A stretch of DNA of 40,500 nt. Source: Gemmatimonadales bacterium. GTDB taxonomy: Bacteria > Gemmatimonadota > Gemmatimonadetes > Gemmatimonadales > GWC2-71-9. Below, piece by piece: positions 8,730 through 17,740 of the stretch. A program made the translations under genes and the position numbers. Where the stretch lies: assembly GCA_041577295.1 (NCBI GenBank), contig JBFGJG010000036.1, forward strand, positions 1-40,500. The letters are read 5' to 3'. The stretch's first letter is position 1. Each line of letters starts with the position of its first letter. A model generated the notes under the pieces. The model did no database searches. It was not told the origin of the DNA and saw only the letters and a program-made list of their open reading frames with translations.

Positions 8730-11150
8730 ATGAACACGCTGCAACAGGACATCCGCTACGCACTCCGGTCGCTGCGAAAAAACCTGGGGTTCACCACCGT
8801 GGCCCTTATGACACTGGCACTCGGAATCGGGATCAACACCGCCATCTTCAGCGTGGTGTATGGCGTGCTGCTCCAGGGTCTCCCCTACCCGGAACCCGAG
8901 CGGCTCCTGACGGTGTGGGAAAACCGTGAGAGACGGAATGGGCCGCCGACCGAGTGGACCGGCCGATCGACCTTCAGCGATTGGCGGGCACAGAACCGCG
9001 TGTTTTCCGGCATGGCAGCCGTTTCCGGTTGGGGGCCCAACCTCACCGGTATCGATCGACCGGAGGTGTTGAACGGGGCCCTCGTCAGCCCCGATTACTT
9101 CTCGGTTGTCGGGATCGCGCCGGTTCGGGGACGCGCGTTTCTCCCCGAGGAGGAGATACCGGACCGCAGCGACGTCGTCGTGCTCAGCCACGAGTTGTGG
9201 CAGCAGCGGTTTGGCGGAGACCCGGAGATCGTGGGCAAGAGTCTCATGCTCAACGGTCGGCCAAACGTCGTGATTGGCGTGCTGCCACCCGGTTTCACAG
9301 GTCCGATCGTCAGCGGCGCACAGCTGTGGTCGGTGCTGCCGATCGATCCAACGCGGGACGATCGTGGCAATCATTTCCTCCAGGTTGTTGCGCGATTGAA
9401 TCCGGGCGTGACCGCTGAGGCGGCGCTGGCCGACATGAACCGTGTTGCCGCGAACATCGCACAAGAAAATCCGATCGATTACGGTGACGTCGGCGTCAGC
9501 TTGGTCCCGTTGCGGGACCAAATGGTGGGTCCGGTCCGCACGCCGCTGCTCGTCTTGATGGGTGCGGTGGGTCTCATTCTGCTCATCGCCTGCGCCAACG
9601 TGGCGAATTTGTTGCTCGCGCGGGCGTCGGTACGTGAGCGGGAACTGGCGGTGCGCACGGCCTTAGGGGCCGGACGATCCCGCCTCATTCGGCAGCTCAT
9701 GACGGAGAGCGTTGTGCTCGCCCTGGGTGGGGGGCTGATTGGGCTGGCGCTTGGAGTGTGGGGAACGGAAGTGCTCGTGCGGATGGCACCGGCCGGATTG
9801 CCCCGCGTCGCGGAGATCGGGCTTCACCCGGCGGTGGTGGTATTCGCGCTTATAGCGTCGGTGCTCACGGGCGTGGTGTTTGGACTGGCACCGGCGTTTG
9901 GCCTGTCGCGGCCGGGTACCGTGCAGGCGTTGCGCGAGCGCTCGAGCGGGACGTCCTCGGAAGCGGGGGGTCGGGTGCGAGCGGCGTTGGTCGTGATCGA
10001 GCTCGCCATGGGAATGGCAGTCCTCGCCGCGGCGGGACTCTTGCTCCGGAGCTTTGCGGAGCTCCGAGCGGTGGACCCAGGCTTTCACGTCGAGAACGCG
10101 CTCAGTGCACGGATGGCTCTTCCGTCGGCCCGTTACCCGGACGCAGCGGCAATCGCCAGTTTTCTTCCCCAACTCGAGGAGCGGTTGCGTGCCGTCCCGG
10201 GCGTGCGCGACGTAGGCGCCGTCACGGTGCTCCCGCTCACCGGCCTGGTGAACGACATCAGCTTTGGCATCGAAGGTCGTCTTCCGGCTCCCGGTGAGGA
10301 GCCCGTGGCCGACGAGCGCCGCGCCACACCCGGGTTCTTCACCACGATGGGCATCCCGTTGCTCCAAGGCCGGCTCTTCGAAGCAAGCGATCGCCAGGAA
10401 ACACTCCCAGTCGCCATCATCAGTGAGTCGCTCGCACGGCGGTTCTTTGCCGATCGCGACCCCATCGGTCAGCGGATCCGGGTGGGCAACGTGCGCGACC
10501 CAGAGGCGCCCTGGTGGACGATCGTGGGCGTGGTGGGCAGTGTCCGGTCGCGGGCGCTCGATCAGATTCCCGAGCCGGAGATCTACGTACCCCTTGCGCA
10601 GCGGCCCTCTCGCGGCATCAGCCTCGTGATTCGGGCCAACGGCGAGCCGACGGGTTTGGCTCCGGCATTCCGTGAGACAGTCTGGGCGCTCGATCCCGAC
10701 ATGGCGCTCTCCGGGCTCGCCACCCTCGAAGACGTCTTCAGTTCGAGCATCGCCCCCCAGCGATTCATCAGTTGGCTCCTCAGCGCCTTCGCTGGTCTGG
10801 CGGTTTTGCTCGGAGCGGTGGGGATCTATGGGGTGATGGGATTCATGGTCTCCCGGCGCACCCGCGAAATAGGAATCCGCATGGCTTTGGGAGCGCGACC
10901 CGCCGATGTACTGCGCTCTGTGATGGGACGTGGGCTCTGGCTCACCATTGGCGGATTGGCGTTGGGCCTCGTCGGCGCGCTCGCGGCAAGCCGCGCCCTA
11001 TCTGGGCTGCTGTTTGATGTGAGCCCTACCGATCCCCTCACGCTCGCCGGTGTGGCAGTCCTGCTGGGCGCAACGGCGTTGTTTGCCTGCTACTGGCCCG
11101 CTCGGCGTGCGACACGGGTCGATCCCATGGTCACATTGCGTAGCGAGTAA
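8730..11150 (+). CDS. ADOP-type duplicated MacB/FtsX-like ABC permease
   Basis: QDIRYALRSLRKNLGF..LALGIGINTAIFS, LLIACANVANLLLAR..RERELAVR.ALGA, second RRTREIGIRMALGA, C-terminal PARRATRVDPMVTLRSE. No ATPase gene adjacent. Confidence 0.95.
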   Translation: MNTLQQDIRYALRSLRKNLGFTTVALMTLALGIGINTAIFSVVYGVLLQGLPYPEPERLLTVWENRERRNGPPTEWTGRSTFSDWRAQNRVFSGMAAVSGWGPNLTGIDRPEVLNGALVSPDYFSVVGIAPVRGRAFLPEEEIPDRSDVVVLSHELWQQRFGGDPEIVGKSLMLNGRPNVVIGVLPPGFTGPIVSGAQLWSVLPIDPTRDDRGNHFLQVVARLNPGVTAEAALADMNRVAANIAQENPIDYGDVGVSLVPLRDQMVGPVRTPLLVLMGAVGLILLIACANVANLLLARASVRERELAVRTALGAGRSRLIRQLMTESVVLALGGGLIGLALGVWGTEVLVRMAPAGLPRVAEIGLHPAVVVFALIASVLTGVVFGLAPAFGLSRPGTVQALRERSSGTSSEAGGRVRAALVVIELAMGMAVLAAAGLLLRSFAELRAVDPGFHVENALSARMALPSARYPDAAAIASFLPQLEERLRAVPGVRDVGAVTVLPLTGLVNDISFGIEGRLPAPGEEPVADERRATPGFFTTMGIPLLQGRLFEASDRQETLPVAIISESLARRFFADRDPIGQRIRVGNVRDPEAPWWTIVGVVGSVRSRALDQIPEPEIYVPLAQRPSRGISLVIRANGEPTGLAPAFRETVWALDPDMALSGLATLEDVFSSSIAPQRFISWLLSAFAGLAVLLGAVGIYGVMGFMVSRRTREIGIRMALGARPADVLRSVMGRGLWLTIGGLALGLVGALAASRALSGLLFDVSPTDPLTLAGVAVLLGATALFACYWPARRATRVDPMVTLRSE

Positions 11151-11164
11151 TTACCGCACTTTGG

Positions 11165-11222
11165 TTGACCGGTCTCACCCCTTGCGTTACTTTGAAAATC
11201 AAAGTACTTCTATAACGAGAGC
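11165..11222 (+). promoter_or_regulatory. Promoter with overlapping palindromic operators
   Basis: TTGACC (11165-11170), 17 bp, TACTTT (11188-11193). Perfect IR TACTTTGA-AAA-TCAAAGTA (11188-11206) and a degenerate copy ACTTC-N7-AGAGC (11206-11222). Confidence 0.7.
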
Positions 11223-11242
11223 TAAGGTCAGAAAGGAATATC

Positions 11243-11848
11243 GTGAACACCAGCGACGTACATCGCGAGCTCGCACTCATCCGCGGGCTCATGGAAGGCA
11301 GTCAACGTCTGCTCGCGGAGACCTGGAAACACCAGGTCACCTGGGGTTTGCTCATCGCCGTCGGGCTGGTGACGACGTGGTGGGGTCAGGCCACGGGCAA
11401 CCGCACCCTGCTCGTGTGGATCTGGCCAGCTGTGCTCGCCGTTGGCTGGCTCTTCTCCCTGACGATCGGCTATCGCGACGCCCGGCGTGCTCCCGTGAGC
11501 AACGCGGCCGGCCGAGCATTCGCCGGGATCTGGATTGGAGCCGGTGTGAGCCTCTCGCTGCTCGGCTTGCTCGGTCCGCTGGTCGGAGCCTACACCCCCA
11601 TGGCATTACCCGGCGTCGTGGCGGTCATCCTGGGCCTTGGCTACTTCGCGAGCGGCGTCGTCGCCGGGCTCGGTTGGCTCCGGGGAGTCGGTCTCGCCTG
11701 GTGGGCGTCCGGAACGGCGCTGCTCATCTGGCGGGACACGTGGGCGCTGTCGGCCCTCGCCGCCCTGGTGCTCCTGCTCCAAGTGGGGCCCGCGCTCGTC
11801 CTAAGGCGTCAGTCGGCCACCAAACTGGAGACGACTGTCATCGCATGA
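11243..11848 (+). CDS. Hypothetical polytopic membrane protein
   Basis: GTG start after AAGGA; about 6 hydrophobic segments; ATGA overlap with the next gene. Confidence 0.85.
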   Translation: MNTSDVHRELALIRGLMEGSQRLLAETWKHQVTWGLLIAVGLVTTWWGQATGNRTLLVWIWPAVLAVGWLFSLTIGYRDARRAPVSNAAGRAFAGIWIGAGVSLSLLGLLGPLVGAYTPMALPGVVAVILGLGYFASGVVAGLGWLRGVGLAWWASGTALLIWRDTWALSALAALVLLLQVGPALVLRRQSATKLETTVIA

Positions 11849-12150
11849 CGGACTTCGACTATCGGGTGCTGGATGACGCGATCCATTCACGCATCCGACT
11901 CTCGGTCATGGCGATCCTGGCCTCTGTCGACGACGCTGAGTTCACCTACTTACGCGACGCGGTGGGAGCGAGCGACGGCAACTTGAGTACCCACCTCTCC
12001 CGCCTGATCGACAGTGGCTACGTAGCCGTTCGCAAAGGGTTCGAGCACAATCGCCCAACCAGCCGGTACCGACTCACCCCTGCCGGCAAGCGGGCTTTCC
12101 GATCGTACCTCGATCGGCTCGAGCGTCTGCTGAAAGGCGTAGAGCTATGA
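11845..12150 (+). CDS. Winged-helix transcriptional regulator (HTH_34/ArsR-like)
   Basis: LDDAIHSRIRLSVMAIL...EFTYLRDAVGASDGNLSTHL...YRLTPAGKRAF; ATG 11845 overlaps the upstream stop. Confidence 0.92.
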   Translation: MTDFDYRVLDDAIHSRIRLSVMAILASVDDAEFTYLRDAVGASDGNLSTHLSRLIDSGYVAVRKGFEHNRPTSRYRLTPAGKRAFRSYLDRLERLLKGVEL

Positions 12151-12743
12151 ACCTGCTGGGAGTGGTCCACACCGTCTTCGCCGTCGTGGCGATCGTCGCG
12201 GGGGGTACCGTCGTGCTGCTACCCAAGGGCACCCGCTGGCACCGGACCCTGGGTCATTTGTACGCGACCGCCATGATAGGCCTGATCGTCACCGCGTTCT
12301 CTATCTACCGGCTGTTCGGCGGTCTGGGACCCTTTCACTTCGCTGCGCTGGTCAGCCTCGTGACGCTCGTCGCCGGTATGGGATCCGCGCTGTTTCGCCG
12401 TCCACGCGGCCGGTGGATCGAGTTTCACGCAGCGTGGATGAGCTGGTCCTACATCGGCCTCATGGCCGCGTTCGCGGCCGAGCTTCTCACCCGTGTGGTC
12501 ATCCCAGCAGTGGTTCCGCTGCTCTCACGGCGCGCTGTCGTCATCCTCTTTTGGGTGCTGGTCCTCGTCGGGGGTGGAGCCATGACGGCGGTCGGCGCCT
12601 GGCTCCAAAAGCGTCAACTCCCCGCCACGCTCGCCCAGCTTCCCGAGACGATGCGTCGTGACCGAGCGGCCCTGCGGCGTTTGGACGGTGGCCGAGACGA
12701 CGGTCCCATAGGGCCTGAGACCACATCGCTCGAAGCCTCCTGA
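12147..12743 (+). CDS. DUF2306-like membrane protein
   Basis: KGTRWHRTLGHLY, GPFH, HAAWMSWSYIGL motifs; ATGA coupling. Confidence 0.8.
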   Translation: MNLLGVVHTVFAVVAIVAGGTVVLLPKGTRWHRTLGHLYATAMIGLIVTAFSIYRLFGGLGPFHFAALVSLVTLVAGMGSALFRRPRGRWIEFHAAWMSWSYIGLMAAFAAELLTRVVIPAVVPLLSRRAVVILFWVLVLVGGGAMTAVGAWLQKRQLPATLAQLPETMRRDRAALRRLDGGRDDGPIGPETTSLEAS

Positions 12744-12880
12744 GATCATCAAACTCGTAATCTCCAATTATGGCAATGACTTAAAAGGAATCTGCTGCGC
12801 TTGTTGGATACTATAATTGTCAAAACACGACTATAGCCCTAATTTCGCAGCTATTATTTCACCCTATCCGCGGGGTCCTT

Positions 12881-13849
12881 ATTCGCCCACCCAAGCAGCG
12901 TCAAAGCGCATTTCGGTCTCCTTTGAATTCTCTCCTAGGGACCGAGGCTGCCGTGCGGATGCTGCGTGTTCTCAATGAGATCCCTGAGCCGCATGGGGCT
13001 GGTGAAATCGCTCGAAGGGCGCAGCTCACCGCTGCCGGGGTCCGGCGTACGCTTGGAGATCTGGTCCTGGCCGGGATAGTGGAGGCCGTGGGTGTGGGAC
13101 CTCGCAAGCTCTATCAGATCCGAAGAGCGCATCCGCTCGCGGGGCTCCTCGCGGGATTGTTCGCCGCGGAGCGCGAACGGGTGGATGCCGTTTTCGAGGC
13201 GGTGCGGGTGGCTGCCAAGGGGTTGCGACCGCCCCCGCACGCCGTGTGGATTCAGGGCCCCGTGGCGACCGAAGAGGACAAAATTGGTGAGCCCATTGTC
13301 GTGGGGGTGCTCGTCGAGTCGGCCGAGCTACCCAACCCCAGCAAGGTGCTCAAGGCGGCGCTCGACGAGCTAGCGGTTCGGCATGACGTCGCGTTTCAAG
13401 TAATCCGGTGGACCCCGGCCGAGCTCGAGGCGGCCACTGCGGCGGAGCGCGCGGTGCTCGCATCGGCGACGAGTCTCATGGGCTCGGCGCCCTCGGAGGG
13501 TGTGCCTGCTAAAGCGGCGACGGCCGTTGCGGGTCGTCCCGAAAAGCTGCCCGAGACCTACCAGGAAGCGAGGGCGTTGGCGCTGGCCGCAGCCGTGGCC
13601 GAGCAGCTCGAGACGGATCCTTCTCTCATCGATCGTGCGCGCAAGCATGTGGCGCGGCGACTCAAGACCGCTTCGCCACGAGACGCAATGGATCTCGAGG
13701 AGTGGGATCTATTGCTGCGCACCATGCCGGTCCCGCGTCTCAGGCGGTTTCTCGTGGACACCGGTCCGAAGGCGACCCGTCTGCGTCAGACTCTGCCGTT
13801 CGCGGAGATACTAACTCCCAAGGAACGCGAGGCGGTGTTGGCGGGCTAG
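12881..13849 (+). CDS. Winged-HTH + degenerate nucleotidyltransferase-like + C-terminal helical domain protein; start uncertain (ATT 12881 or TTG 12923)
   Basis: HTH GEIARRAQLTAAGVRRTLGDLVLAGIV; MNT-like segment AVWIQGPVATEEDKIGEPIVVGVLV; C-terminal LEEWDLLL...RLRQTLPFAEIL. Confidence 0.7.
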   Translation: MRPPKQRQSAFRSPLNSLLGTEAAVRMLRVLNEIPEPHGAGEIARRAQLTAAGVRRTLGDLVLAGIVEAVGVGPRKLYQIRRAHPLAGLLAGLFAAERERVDAVFEAVRVAAKGLRPPPHAVWIQGPVATEEDKIGEPIVVGVLVESAELPNPSKVLKAALDELAVRHDVAFQVIRWTPAELEAATAAERAVLASATSLMGSAPSEGVPAKAATAVAGRPEKLPETYQEARALALAAAVAEQLETDPSLIDRARKHVARRLKTASPRDAMDLEEWDLLLRTMPVPRLRRFLVDTGPKATRLRQTLPFAEILTPKEREAVLAG

Positions 13850-14081
13850 CTCTCTCCGCTAGCCAGCACACACCGACTCTGCATCAGCCATCGCAACGCG
13901 TTCGTCCTCTGGCTAGCGCTCGAGCAGCTCTTCAATCCACCGCACCTGACCGTGCATGCCTAGCACCCACCCCGTGGACCTTGCTTCGTACTCTTGGTTT
14001 ACCAACCTTCTGTACGGACAATCATCATCGTGGCGCGATTCGTGATGGAGGAGGACGGGGTAGAAGCCACCGAGGTTTCGC

Positions 14082-16346
14082 ATGGCAGTGTTGTTCCTGA
14101 GTTCCCTCAACCTGCTGCTCGCCATGCAGGCGCCCCCCGTAACCATCACGGGAACGGTGCGGGACGCCGCCACCGGTGAGCCGATCGTCCAAGCGGCCGT
14201 CCACCTGACCGATCTCCACCGTACCACCACGACCGATGGCAGCGGCCGCTATGTGCTCCGCGACGTTCCCCCAGGTCCTCAACACATCTCCGTCCGCGTC
14301 ATTGGGTACGAGCAACGCACGCTGCACGCGCTCGTTCCCCGAGAGGGTATGCTCGAGATCAACATCGCCCTCGAGCCAAAGCCCGTCATGTTGCCAGCAG
14401 TCGAAGTACGCTCGCAGGTCCCCGTACGAGGTGTGGAGTCGCGCAGCAGCGAGGCGTTTCCGGAACGGGAAATGTCGATTGCCGCCGTGCGGGATCATCC
14501 GCTGCTTGCGGAGCCCGACGTGTTCCAAGCACTGAGCGGTGGCCCGATCTTCCTCCGGCCGGAATCACCCAGCGGATTGAACATCCGCGGTGGCACTTCG
14601 GATCAGACGGCCTATCTGCTGGACGGGATTCCGGTCTTCAGCCCGTACCACGCAGCAGGAGTCTTCAGCGCGTGGAACCCGGACGCGTTATCGGACATCC
14701 GACTGTTATCCGTCTCACCGTCCCCGTCCCTGCCGCATAGTCTGTCAGGCACGGTCGAGGGAATCACGCTTGCGCCCGGACGACGATTCCGTGCCCAGGG
14801 CGGCGCCAGCACCACGCAGGCACGAGTCACCGTGGACGGACCACTAGGCCCCGCCGGATACCTGGTAAGTCTTCGTTGGGGGCTACCGAATACCTTCGCC
14901 CCAAAAAGGGAGGCGTCTTACCCAAGCGGCGAATCGGGCGACCGTCTCGCGAAGGTCACCGCACCACTCTTGGGTGGGCGCATCAACGTGCTGGGATACG
15001 AGAGCACCAACGAGATCGAGGCGGCGGCGGCGATCGCGCCAGATCCCTCTCCGCCCGAGCGCCTCGAGAACACGTTTTCGTGGAACAGTCGTTCACTCGG
15101 TGCGTCGTGGACACGGGACTTCAGCGATCTCACCGTCGAGATTCGTGGTTGGAGTGCCTTGAGCGATGCGGGCGCGGTATGGCATGACACGAGCACGAGG
15201 GGTGCAGAGCACCTCGAGGCGGACCGAAGGGATGAGGGCCTGCTCGCTACGCTCGAACGTCGAGGTGGGACTGGGATAACGACCGTCGGCGTCCGGGTGG
15301 AGCGCAGCGGCACGTCGTATTGGCTCGCGTCAGACACCGCCGCGATCCCCACAATCGACATCGACGCCAGCACACCGGTGGCAGCTGTCTTCGTCGAACA
15401 CGCGACACCCGTCGGCCGACACGTCGATGTAACGCTGGGTGTGGTGCTCGCTCATGCCGACGGGAGCCTCCATCTGGGACCGCGCACTCACGTGCAATGG
15501 AATCCCATCGAGCCCCTGACGCTGTCAGGGAGCTACGCGCGCACACATCAGTTTTCCCAATCGCTGCGCAACGCCGAGTCGGTCGTGTCGAACGTCTTTC
15601 CCGCCGACCTGTACGTTGGGGCAGGCGCGCCAGGCATCCCCGTTGGTACGAGCGATCAAGGCGTGATTGCTGCTGACTATCGAGTGGCTCCTGGCATCAC
15701 GCTCGGCGCGCAGGCATACACGCGGTCTTCACGAGGGCTTGTCTTGGTCGCGCCGCGCAACGAAGGGCCGTTCGCGACGAACGCCGTCGCAACCGGGACC
15801 GGCCGCGCACGGGGGGTCTCGCTCGACGCGGCCATGAGCACCGCGCGGTACGGCCTCGTGGCGAGCTATGGCTTGCAGAACACACAGTTCGAGTACGGCG
15901 ACTCGACCTATGTGCCGGAGCACGGAGTCACATACATGGCGGAGGCGGGAGTGATCGTCTTCCCCTCGGCCACGCTCTCGGTACGATTGGGTGCCACGGG
16001 CCTCTTCGGGAGACGCACGACACCGTCCGCTGGCGGCTTCGAATGGGAGTCGTGCAACTTGCTGGACCTGGGGTGCGAGTTTCAGGGGAGCCCCCGCCTG
16101 AGACCAGGATCGCTCGGCGTCACCACCCTTCCTCCGTACCTCCGTGTCGACCTGGGCCTCCGCAAACACTGGCACCTCCAGATCGCTGGACGAGATGCCT
16201 CGCTGGCCCTCTTTGGCACCGTCTCGAACGTCTTTGGTCTCAACAACATCCTCACCTACGCCACGGATCCAGCCACAGGCGAACGCTCGGCGATCGAGAT
16301 GCGCCCGCTGGCGCCGCTGGTCATCGGGCTCGACTGGCAATTCTGA
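14082..16346 (+). CDS. TonB-dependent outer-membrane receptor with N-terminal carboxypeptidase-regulatory-like domain
   Basis: ITGTVRDAATGEPI...TTTDGSGRY; plug motif LNIRGG..DQTAYLLDGIPV; beta-strand-rich barrel; C-terminal Phe (GLDWQF). Confidence 0.9.
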   Translation: MAVLFLSSLNLLLAMQAPPVTITGTVRDAATGEPIVQAAVHLTDLHRTTTTDGSGRYVLRDVPPGPQHISVRVIGYEQRTLHALVPREGMLEINIALEPKPVMLPAVEVRSQVPVRGVESRSSEAFPEREMSIAAVRDHPLLAEPDVFQALSGGPIFLRPESPSGLNIRGGTSDQTAYLLDGIPVFSPYHAAGVFSAWNPDALSDIRLLSVSPSPSLPHSLSGTVEGITLAPGRRFRAQGGASTTQARVTVDGPLGPAGYLVSLRWGLPNTFAPKREASYPSGESGDRLAKVTAPLLGGRINVLGYESTNEIEAAAAIAPDPSPPERLENTFSWNSRSLGASWTRDFSDLTVEIRGWSALSDAGAVWHDTSTRGAEHLEADRRDEGLLATLERRGGTGITTVGVRVERSGTSYWLASDTAAIPTIDIDASTPVAAVFVEHATPVGRHVDVTLGVVLAHADGSLHLGPRTHVQWNPIEPLTLSGSYARTHQFSQSLRNAESVVSNVFPADLYVGAGAPGIPVGTSDQGVIAADYRVAPGITLGAQAYTRSSRGLVLVAPRNEGPFATNAVATGTGRARGVSLDAAMSTARYGLVASYGLQNTQFEYGDSTYVPEHGVTYMAEAGVIVFPSATLSVRLGATGLFGRRTTPSAGGFEWESCNLLDLGCEFQGSPRLRPGSLGVTTLPPYLRVDLGLRKHWHLQIAGRDASLALFGTVSNVFGLNNILTYATDPATGERSAIEMRPLAPLVIGLDWQF

Positions 16347-16361
16347 TCGGACATTTCACGC

Positions 16362-16398
16362 TGTCACAAATGATCGGCCGGCCCTGTTCCTTTTATAG
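16362..16398 (+). promoter_or_regulatory. Candidate ECF-sigma promoter (autoregulatory)
   Basis: TGTCACA-N16-TGTTCCTT-NNN-TAG directly upstream of the ECF gene; a matching copy lies at 38867-38902 on the minus strand. Confidence 0.55.
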
Positions 16399-16407
16399 GA
16401 GGCCGCC

Positions 16408-17010
16408 ATGGACGGTCTGGGTTTGTCGCTGGGGAACCTCACGAGCATCACGTCGGCGCATGTGAAGCGCCGCGAAGGGGATCGTTCGCTGCCCGACATC
16501 GACGCGTCCTTCCACCACCGATTCGCGGAGCTGTTCGATGCCCAGTTCCGCCGGATCTTCCGCTATCTGGATCGCTTGTCCGGTGACGGGGAGCTCGCCG
16601 CTGACCTCACACAGGAGGCGTTCGTCAGGCTGTACCGGAGAGGAGCGATGCCTGATACACCCGTGGCGTGGCTGATCACGGTCGCGACAAACCTGTTTCG
16701 CAACGAAAAGTCGACGCGCGCCCGCCGGCGCAAGCTGCTGACGGTGGCTCGCGGTGAAGGAGTGCTAGGGGATCCACCCAGGTCTCCGGACGAGGACGTC
16801 CAGGGCGAGGAGTCTCGCCGACGTGTGCGGCTCGCGATCGACCAGCTCCCCGAGCGGGACCGCAGTCTGCTGCTCCTCCGCGCTGAGGGTTACAGCTATC
16901 GCGATCTCGCAGCGGCTCTCGGACTCAACGAAGCAAGCATCGGGACGCTACTGGCCCGCGCGAAAGCGGCATTCCGCAGCAGTTACGAGGGGACGTTCGA
17001 TGCACCTTGA
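16408..17010 (+). CDS. ECF-type sigma-70 factor
   Basis: Region 2 AADLTQEAFVRL..WLITVATNL; region 4 IDQLPERDRSLLLLRAEGYSYRDLAAALG..SIGTLLARA; AGGAGG SD. Confidence 0.93.
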   Translation: MDGLGLSLGNLTSITSAHVKRREGDRSLPDIDASFHHRFAELFDAQFRRIFRYLDRLSGDGELAADLTQEAFVRLYRRGAMPDTPVAWLITVATNLFRNEKSTRARRRKLLTVARGEGVLGDPPRSPDEDVQGEESRRRVRLAIDQLPERDRSLLLLRAEGYSYRDLAAALGLNEASIGTLLARAKAAFRSSYEGTFDAP

Positions 17011-17740
17011 CGACGAACTGATCCAGCGACGTCTGCACGACGAGCTTTCGGCCGCCATGGCGACTTCCGTCGGTGAGCATCTCACGACGTGCGCCGACTG
17101 TCGCGAACGTCTCGAGCGAGCGAGACGTGAAGAGCTCGAGCTCTTCGAGTTGCTCGGGCGTGTTGACCATTGCTCGCCTACCGTAACCGCCCGCTCGATC
17201 GCTCAGCGAGCAAGCGCTCGCCGTGCCGGTTGGACCCGGTGGGCCGCCGCCATTGTTCTGACGTTCGGAGTGGGTGGTATCGCTTATGCACTGCCGGGCT
17301 CACCCGTCCCCGATTGGACACGAGCGATCGTGGAGCGGGTTGTCAGCCAACCTGATCGACCGACACCTGTATCGACACCGGAAATCGAGGAGGGCCCGAC
17401 ATCGGGAATCGCGGTTCCGGTGGGGCGCAACCTGGTCATCGCGTTTTCGGCTCAGCAAAGCGAGGGATCGATGCGAGTGACGTTGACCGATGGCCGCGAC
17501 GTGGTGGTGAGTACTCGAGACGGCGTCGCGAGTTACACGTCCGACATCGACCGCCTGTTGATCGGAAATGAAGGCGCGAGAGCCACCTTCGACGTACAGA
17601 TTCCGCGTGAGGCCCGCCGCGTCGAGATCCGGCTGGGATCGTCCCAAATCTTGCTGAAGGAGGGTGCCCGCATCACTGCACCGTCCGGTGTGGACTCCGG
17701 AGGCGCGTTGGTGCTTCCGTTACGGACGCCGCCTAATTGA
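17000..17740 (+). CDS. Zinc-binding anti-sigma factor (zf-HC2) with TM helix and extracytoplasmic domain
   Basis: MHLDDELIQ...EHLTTCADC (HxxxCxxC), TM WAAAIVLTFGVGGIAYA; overlaps the sigma gene. Confidence 0.88.
   Translation: MHLDDELIQRRLHDELSAAMATSVGEHLTTCADCRERLERARREELELFELLGRVDHCSPTVTARSIAQRASARRAGWTRWAAAIVLTFGVGGIAYALPGSPVPDWTRAIVERVVSQPDRPTPVSTPEIEEGPTSGIAVPVGRNLVIAFSAQQSEGSMRVTLTDGRDVVVSTRDGVASYTSDIDRLLIGNEGARATFDVQIPREARRVEIRLGSSQILLKEGARITAPSGVDSGGALVLPLRTPPN

Noticed and set aside
11050..11844. Long N-terminal extensions in the ORF track (also 1372-1719, 1552-1836, 16823-16999, 38429-38998)
   Set aside because: They overlap other genes or promoters and look non-protein-like; internal starts with SD or stop-start coupling fit better.
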